Shown one piece after another: positions 17,046 to 22,198 of a DNA stretch of 22,198 nucleotides (the stretch's first letter is position 1; each line of letters starts with the position of its first letter). This DNA comes from Dehalococcoidia bacterium (GTDB lineage Bacteria; Chloroflexota; Dehalococcoidia; DSTF01; RBG-16-68-14): NCBI GenBank assembly GCA_040882355.1, contig JBBEBM010000017.1, forward strand, positions 124,001 through 146,198, in the 5' to 3' direction. The notes under the pieces are model-generated. The model searched no databases and was not told where the DNA came from. It worked only from the letters and a program-made list of their open reading frames with translations. A program made the translations under genes and the position numbers.

Positions 17046-17766
17046 CGTCGTCTCCCTTCTTCGCCTCTGCCAGTAAGGCGTCAATGATCCGGGTTTCTTC
17101 TGGCGTTTCGTCGTCTAGGGCGTCCTCGTCCTCGAACCAGATCATCAGATCCACAGCTTCCTGGGTCCATCCGGCCTCGCGTAGTTCAGCCAATGGCCAC
17201 TCTGAGATGAGGCCTCCAGCAGCAGCGCGCATCGAGCGATCAACAGACTGCCATGGGGCGAATCTCAGATAGCTCTCGACCCAGCGTTGGACTTTCGCTC
17301 CGACCGGCCCCCCGAGCACTTCGGCTGCCGCCATACATTGCGCGAATGGTAGCCGCAGACTAAAGTCAGCGTCTGGTGCGGCCAGCGTGATGCGCCAGAA
17401 CCACCTGACGAGCCGCACAGGCGGCGGGCGCTCGTCCTGATGGGCGCGTTGGAGTAATTCGAAGGCTGCTGAAGCCGCTTCCCAAGGTAGCGCACCGTTG
17501 TCCATCGAGTCCGGCCAGCAAAACAGACCGTACTGCTGCTGTTCCTCTGCCGGCAGCTTCCAGAATTCCTGGCGTATGCGCCCGACGGTTCTGGCGCTGG
17601 GCGTCTTGCCGCCGCGAGACTTGCGAGATTCGGCGTGCAGCATCAGCGCGATCCGGTTGTCGGACATCTGACCGGGTGGCGGGTTCTTGAGGATTGCTCG
17701 AACACGCTCGACCCAATAGGGCGACGTTCCCGGTCTGCCTCTCCTGACTTTTGGCGAATTGTCCAT
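16963..17766 (-). CDS. Hypothetical protein with probable N-terminal HTH, in the repressor position
   Basis: 267 aa from ATG 17766. SDNRIALML...PSARTVGRI looks like an HTH. Divergent from xis and upstream of int. Confidence 0.65.
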   Translation of the reverse strand: MDNSPKVRRGRPGTSPYWVERVRAILKNPPPGQMSDNRIALMLHAESRKSRGGKTPSARTVGRIRQEFWKLPAEEQQQYGLFCWPDSMDNGALPWEAASAAFELLQRAHQDERPPPVRLVRWFWRITLAAPDADFSLRLPFAQCMAAAEVLGGPVGAKVQRWVESYLRFAPWQSVDRSMRAAAGGLISEWPLAELREAGWTQEAVDLMIWFEDEDALDDETPEETRIIDALLAEAKKGDDDGKRTRKATGEKMGGGGRHRARRKREA

Positions 17767-17855
17767 GCAGCGTGGCTTGCAGGCGAAAATTCCTGACGCG
17801 AACATAGTAGGCAATATGACCGGTGCCGTCAAATTCCAATCAGGAGGCCACGACT

Positions 17856-18059
17856 ATGACCAGTGAAAGCCCGGTGCTCACCGTCGAGGAGGCGGCCACC
17901 CTACTCCGGCTTAGTAGGGGAAGCGCCTACGAGGGCGTCCGAACAGGCGCGATCCCGTCAATCAGAGTCGGACGGCGCGTCCTGATTCCGAAGGCGCGCC
18001 TAGACGCCCTCCTAGCCGGCCAGGACGCCGCCGCGCCAGAGAAGGTCGCGGCATCCTGA
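17856..18059 (+). CDS. Excisionase-like HTH_17 DNA-binding protein
   Basis: LTVEEAATLLRLSRGSAYEGVRTGAIPSIRVGRRVLIP. SD AGGAGG at 17842-17847. Confidence 0.9.
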   Translation: MTSESPVLTVEEAATLLRLSRGSAYEGVRTGAIPSIRVGRRVLIPKARLDALLAGQDAAAPEKVAAS

Positions 18060-18112
18060 GTACCAGCGCCCCCACGTGGCGAACGCCGGGGCGTCTGTGG
18101 AACGAGGAGCAC

Positions 18113-20413
18113 TTGACCTTGGTCTTGGAGGACATCGCAGCGTACGGCTGGCCCGTCTTTCCCGTCTACGAGCCGAGCAAGGACGGCGCCTGCGCATGCG
18201 GCAAGGCGGACTGCGACGATCGAGGCAAGCACCCACGGGTCACTGGCTGGCAGGAGGCGGCAACGACCGACAAGACCAAGATCCGCCGGTGGCAACGGCA
18301 ATGGCCGGAGACGAACGCGGGACTCCCCACGGGTGCTCGTTCCGGGGTGGTGGTGCTCGACATCGACCCGCGACACGGCGGCGATGAGTCTTTGGCCGAC
18401 CTGGAGCGACAACACGGGCCGCTCCCCGAAACGCCTCGAGCCTTGACCGGCGGCGGAGGCGAGCATCGCTTCTTCGCCCATCCCGGCAGCGATGTGCGCA
18501 TCCGCAATCGCACGGGGCTGCTCCCCGGCATCGACGTGCGCGGCGACGGTGGCTACGTCGTCGCACCCGGCTCGCATCACGTGAGCGGCGGTGCGTATGA
18601 GTGGGACGCGGGCGCGCATCCTGACGACATGCCGCTCGCACCCCTCCCCCACTGGCTGCTGGCGCTGCTCGTGGAACCGAGCACGGCGAGCGGGGCCCCG
18701 CCAGAAGGATCGCGCGGCGTGCCGCTGCCGGTAGGCCAGCGGGCGCGCCAGTTCATCGAGCACGGCGCACCCATCGGCAGCCAACGTGAGACAGCCGTTT
18801 CGACGGCTCGGAACCTACTCGCCGGCGGACGCTCGGTCGAAGAGACAGCAGACGCCTTGTGGCAGGGTCTCCAGGCGTCCGCCTGGGAGCAAGACCGAGA
18901 GCCGTGGACGTACCAGGCCGCCTCCGCGATCGCGCAGGACATAGCCTCGTCGCCTCCTGCTCCGCTCCGCAACCGCAACGGGCACCGGCCCAACGACGAC
19001 CTTCATACCGAGTCCGACGCGCGGAACACTGCGGCGGACGAGCACCCGCCGCGAGCTGACCAGCACGTCGTCAACCTCACCGAGTTGGGCAACGCCCGCC
19101 GGCTGGTTCGGCAGGCCGGCGCGGACATTCGCTTCTGCTCTGCCCTGGGCTGGCTCACCTACGACGGCATACGCTGGCGCCCTGACGATACAGGTGAAGT
19201 AGAGCGCCGTGCCAAGCAGACCGTCATGAACCTCTACCGCGAAGCCGCGGGCGAGCTGCACAAGGAAGCGCGCGACGCGCTCGTCGCCCACGGCCGTAAG
19301 TCGGAAACGAATCACCAGCTCACGGCGATGGTAGACCTTGCCAAGAGCGAGCCGACCGTCCCCGTCCGCGTGTCTGACCTCGATCGCGATCCTTGGGCTC
19401 TCAACTTGCTGAACGGCACGCTGGATCTCGGCACCGGCACCCTGCGGCCCCATCGGCGAAAGGACCTGATCACAAAGCTGGCGCCCGTGGCCTACGACCC
19501 GGACGCCACCTGCCCGCTCTGGCTGCACTTCCTCGACTACATCATGGAAAGCAACACCAACCTGATTAGCTTCATCCAGCGAATGTTTGGCCTTTGCCTC
19601 ACGGCGGTGACGACCGAGCAGGTGCTCTTCATGCTCTATGGCACGGGCGCGAACGGCAAGTCCACCGCCGTCAACACCTTCCTCGCCTTGCTCGGAGACT
19701 ACGGTCGTATGGCGGCGCCCGGCCTTCTCCTGAGGCGGCGACACGAGGCGCACCCGACCGAGCGCGCCGACCTCTACGGTTCCCGCCTCGTCGCCTCCGT
19801 GGAGATAGACCAGGGGCGGGCACTAGCCGAGGCGCTGGTGAAGGAGATGACCGGCGGCGAGCGGATGAAGGGCCGCCTCATGCGCCGCGACTTCTTCGAG
19901 TGGGAGCCCACGCACAAGCTCCTGCTCTGCTGCAACCACCGTCCTGCCATCAAGGGCACGGATAACGCGATTTGGAGGAGGATCAGGCTGATCCCATTCA
20001 CGGTGGCAATCCCCCCTGGCGAGCAGGACAAGGACCTCCGCCGCAAGCTGGCAGGCGAGCTGCCCGGCATCTTGCGCTGGGCCGTCGAAGGCTGTCTGGC
20101 GTGGCAGCACGACGGGCTTGGAGTCCCCGACGAGGTCGTGATGGCTACCGACGCGTACCGCGCAGGAATGGATGTGCTCGGGGCCTTTCTCAACGAGCGC
20201 ACCTACCAGGGACCGAGCGCGACCTGCACGGTGAAGGCCCTCTATGACACATACAAGGCTTGGTGTGAGGCGAACGGCGAACGGGCTGAATCGAAGAATA
20301 ACTTGAGCACGCTGCTCGCCGAACGTGGCTGCACCCCGAAGCGCCGCCACGGCGGACAACGGCTCTGGGAAGGCCTCGGAATGTTAAGCGAATCCGAAGG
20401 TGACACACGGTGA
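18113..20413 (+). CDS. Bifunctional primase-polymerase fused to P4/D5-family SF3 helicase
   Basis: Prim-Pol motifs GWPVFP, GKHP, VVVLDIDPRHGG, GGGEHRFF, IDVRGDGGYVVAPGS; D5_N TELGNARR, NGTLDL; Walker A GTGANGKST; AIWRRIRLIPF. TTG start at 18113 or 18119. Confidence 0.93.
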   Translation: MTLVLEDIAAYGWPVFPVYEPSKDGACACGKADCDDRGKHPRVTGWQEAATTDKTKIRRWQRQWPETNAGLPTGARSGVVVLDIDPRHGGDESLADLERQHGPLPETPRALTGGGGEHRFFAHPGSDVRIRNRTGLLPGIDVRGDGGYVVAPGSHHVSGGAYEWDAGAHPDDMPLAPLPHWLLALLVEPSTASGAPPEGSRGVPLPVGQRARQFIEHGAPIGSQRETAVSTARNLLAGGRSVEETADALWQGLQASAWEQDREPWTYQAASAIAQDIASSPPAPLRNRNGHRPNDDLHTESDARNTAADEHPPRADQHVVNLTELGNARRLVRQAGADIRFCSALGWLTYDGIRWRPDDTGEVERRAKQTVMNLYREAAGELHKEARDALVAHGRKSETNHQLTAMVDLAKSEPTVPVRVSDLDRDPWALNLLNGTLDLGTGTLRPHRRKDLITKLAPVAYDPDATCPLWLHFLDYIMESNTNLISFIQRMFGLCLTAVTTEQVLFMLYGTGANGKSTAVNTFLALLGDYGRMAAPGLLLRRRHEAHPTERADLYGSRLVASVEIDQGRALAEALVKEMTGGERMKGRLMRRDFFEWEPTHKLLLCCNHRPAIKGTDNAIWRRIRLIPFTVAIPPGEQDKDLRRKLAGELPGILRWAVEGCLAWQHDGLGVPDEVVMATDAYRAGMDVLGAFLNERTYQGPSATCTVKALYDTYKAWCEANGERAESKNNLSTLLAERGCTPKRRHGGQRLWEGLGMLSESEGDTR

Positions 20414-20487
20414 CGCACCTTCCCAGAACCCTTTCTATGTGCACCTCGCTTAAGGAGGTTACGGAGACTGTGTCACCCTGTGTCACC
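20399..20487. other. Candidate replication origin with inverted iteron pairs
   Basis: GGTGACACA (20399-20407) and GGTGACGCA (20409-20417) face TGTGTCACC (20469-20477, 20479-20487). 10-bp periodicity, less GC-rich spacer, at the end of the primase gene. Confidence 0.65.
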
Positions 20488-20582
20488 CGACCCTCGGGGC
20501 CTGCTAGGGAGTGCGGCGCGTCCATGGAACGGGCGGCTCGACGGCTGAAGATTCCAGGAGCAACCCAGCCAGGAGGACTGTC

Positions 20583-20894
20583 ATGCCGTCCGCTCCGCCC
20601 AAGCCGTGCCGCATGCCGGGCTGTCCGACGCTCGACTGCGAGGTCCACCGGCGCAAGCCGTGGACGTACTCCGCGCCCCGCAGACAATACGCCGGCAGCG
20701 GCTGGGCATGGCAAAGACTCCGGGCTCGCATCATCGAGAGGGACGGCGGCATCTGCCACTACTGCCGCGGCGGCGCCACCACCGTGGACCACGTCGTCGC
20801 CGTGGCGCATGGCGGCACCGATGATGAGTCGGACCTGCAACGAACGACGACGACGCAAGCAGCCCGCGAGGGGGCAGGGGGGTCGAAAAGTTAG
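20583..20894 (+). pseudogene. Phage packaging-type HNH endonuclease, frameshifted near the C-terminus
   Basis: SD AGGAGG. MPSAPPKPC..PGC, WQRLRARIIERD, CHYC, VDHVVAVAHGG. Second CxxC-N/H missing in frame, but CNERRRRK appears in the +1 frame from 20836. Confidence 0.7.
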
Positions 20895-20950
20895 GAGCGC
20901 TCGCTTCCTGGAAGCACCAGCGACCCGGAAAAAGCCCTGTACGGGTTTTA
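20869..20950. other. Candidate cos/packaging-initiation region
   Basis: G-run GGGGGCAGGGGGGTCGAAAAGT, then dyads GCTTCC-T-GGAAGC and AAAGCCC-TGTAC-GGGTTTT, between HNH and terS where cos usually lies in HNH-dependent cos phages. Confidence 0.45.
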
Positions 20951-20989
20951 CCCATTCTTGTCCCGAGTGTTGTGGCGAGGCCACCGCTG

Positions 20990-21493
20990 ATGGGTGAGCG
21001 CGGCCCGCTGCCCGTGCCCTACGCCCGCCGGCGCAATCTCCGGCGCAGGACCGGCAAGGTGGTCACCGTCGCCAAACCGGCCATGCCGCGCTCCCTCTCT
21101 CCAGAAGCGAAGGCCGAGTGGCGGCGCGTCGTCCCTGAGCTGGAGGAGATCGGCGTGCTGGCTACCATCGACCGCGCCGTGCTGATGCGTTACTGCACCG
21201 CCTGGTCGGACTGGTGCGAGGTGCAGGCGCTGCTCACGAAGTCGGGCCCGCTCGTCCGGGGCCGGCAAGGCACGTTCGTGCGCAACCCGCTGCTGATGGT
21301 GAGGAGCGACGTCGAGGCGACGCTGAGCGACCTGGGCAAGCAACTCGGCCTGACGCCGGGCGCGCGGCTGCGCGCCGACATCACGCACGAGAAGCCAGAG
21401 CCGGAGGAGGATGCCAGGGAGTCAGCTGCCCTGCTGGAGTACCGCCGGCGGCTTTACGCGCAGCCTGACCCGCGCGAAATGCTGAGGAGCTAA
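20990..21493 (+). CDS. terS: Phage terminase small subunit, P27 family
   Basis: MGERGPLP, P..LSPEAKAEWRRVVPEL..IGVL..ID..VL..YC, NPLL, QLGLTPGAR. Confidence 0.9.
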   Translation: MGERGPLPVPYARRRNLRRRTGKVVTVAKPAMPRSLSPEAKAEWRRVVPELEEIGVLATIDRAVLMRYCTAWSDWCEVQALLTKSGPLVRGRQGTFVRNPLLMVRSDVEATLSDLGKQLGLTPGARLRADITHEKPEPEEDARESAALLEYRRRLYAQPDPREMLRS

Positions 21494-21495
21494 CC

Positions 21496-21597
21496 ATGAC
21501 CCCGAAGACCACCGCGCCCGCAATCCAAGTCGAGCACGTGCCGATCGACGACCCTGTCCCGGCCCTGCGAAACCCGCGCCGCCTGTCGGACGCCGAG
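21496..21597 (+). pseudogene. N-terminal remnant of a ParB-like domain gene
   Basis: SD GAGGAG. IQVEHVPIDDPVPALRNPRRLSDAE resembles the ParB/Srx N-terminus; similarity ends abruptly after about 34 codons. Confidence 0.6.
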
Positions 21598-21692
21598 TGG
21601 GGACGCCGATGCGTCGGCTCGCGAAGTGTGGAGCGACGCGGCGCCGTGGGGCCTTGGGCTCGGTCGAGAAAGTCATGGGATGGAGGTAGACA

Positions 21693-22198
21693 TTGGCTAG
21701 GCGCAGTCGCCGAACAGTGCAGCAGCCCGATAGGACCGACCACTGGCGTTCGCGTATCGTCGAGCAGGCCGAGGTAGCTCCAAGCGACCTGATGCCTCAT
21801 CCAGAGAACTGGCGCCTGCACTCAAGCTACCAGGCCGACGCAATGACCGGAGCGCTCAACGAGGTCGGCTGGGTCCAGAACGTCGTCGTGAACCGCCAGA
21901 CCGGGCGCATCCTCGACGGCCACCTTCGGGTCCAGCTCGCGATGGACAACGGCGAGCCCACCGTGCCCGTGAGCTACGTCGATGTGTCGGAGGACGAAGA
22001 GCGGCTCATCCTCGCTACCTTCGACCCGCTCGGACAGATGGCGAGCGCAGCCGGCGAGACACTCGCGGCGCTCACCGGAGAGCTGGAGTCGCGCGAGCCG
22101 GCGCTCCAAAGCCTGCTCGACGAGCTGGCGTTGGAGGGTGAGGAACTGACGGTAGGGCGCGGGGAAGGGCCAGGAGGCGCCGGTAGGGCGTCGATGGG
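21693..22198 (+). CDS. ParB/Sulfiredoxin-like domain protein (3'-truncated by window edge; absent from ORF track)
   Basis: TTG 21693 with GGAGGT at 21682-21687; open to window end. WRSRIV..APSDLMPHPENWRLH..GWVQNVVVNRQTGRILDGHLRV..VPVSYVD..EERLILATFDPL. Confidence 0.85.
   Translation, partial: MARRSRRTVQQPDRTDHWRSRIVEQAEVAPSDLMPHPENWRLHSSYQADAMTGALNEVGWVQNVVVNRQTGRILDGHLRVQLAMDNGEPTVPVSYVDVSEDEERLILATFDPLGQMASAAGETLAALTGELESREPALQSLLDELALEGEELTVGRGEGPGGAGRASM

Larger units (their letters stand above)
15828..22198. mobile_element. tRNA-Cys-integrated phage satellite (PICI-like) or degenerate prophage; right end outside window
   Basis: Order: int, HTH protein, divergent xis, primase-helicase, iterons, HNH, terS, ParB-like genes. 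No capsid, portal or terL in the visible part. Confidence 0.85.

Noticed and set aside
20410..20997. 195-aa ORF spanning the origin and HNH
   Set aside because: Alternative frame over iterons and the HNH gene. Only the short CNERRRRK segment appears meaningful, as the frameshifted HNH tail.
21496..21777. 93-aa ORF as an intact gene
   Set aside because: ParB-like similarity covers only the first ~34 codons; the remainder overlaps the better-supported ORF starting at 21693.

Overview
High-GC bacterial chromosome segment, probably Chloroflexota (Dehalococcoidia-like). That assignment is inferred from gene order and the RseP C-terminus and is not proven. 1-7183 is the conserved pyrH-frr-uppS-cdsA-dxr-rseP-ispG cluster. 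7188-15379 is an accessory and metabolic stretch: a small membrane protein, two APH-family kinases (one closely resembling spectinomycin kinase APH(9)), a xylose-isomerase-like TIM barrel, an SDR, a stand-alone DevS/DosS-type GAF protein, an FAH-family enzyme and alanine dehydrogenase. Many intergenic spaces carry REP-like or MITE-like palindromes, several nested inside each other. A tRNA-Trp/Leu/Cys operon (15531-15827) is followed by an integrated element running off the window: integrase, HTH protein, excisionase, primase-polymerase/P4-type helicase, iteron origin, broken HNH, cos-like site, P27-type small terminase and ParB-like genes. This layout resembles a phage satellite (PICI-like). 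Best leads: (1) the aph(9)-like gene lies between ~90-100 bp direct repeats and is followed by a displaced, synonymously diverged copy of the upstream gene's 3' end, suggesting cassette integration into a CDS end beside a REP; (2) the satellite-like element; (3) a ~24-bp hairpin module repeatedly found inside other palindromic repeats; (4) a phage-virion-like domain inserted in RseP. No database searches were run; family calls come from motif recognition.
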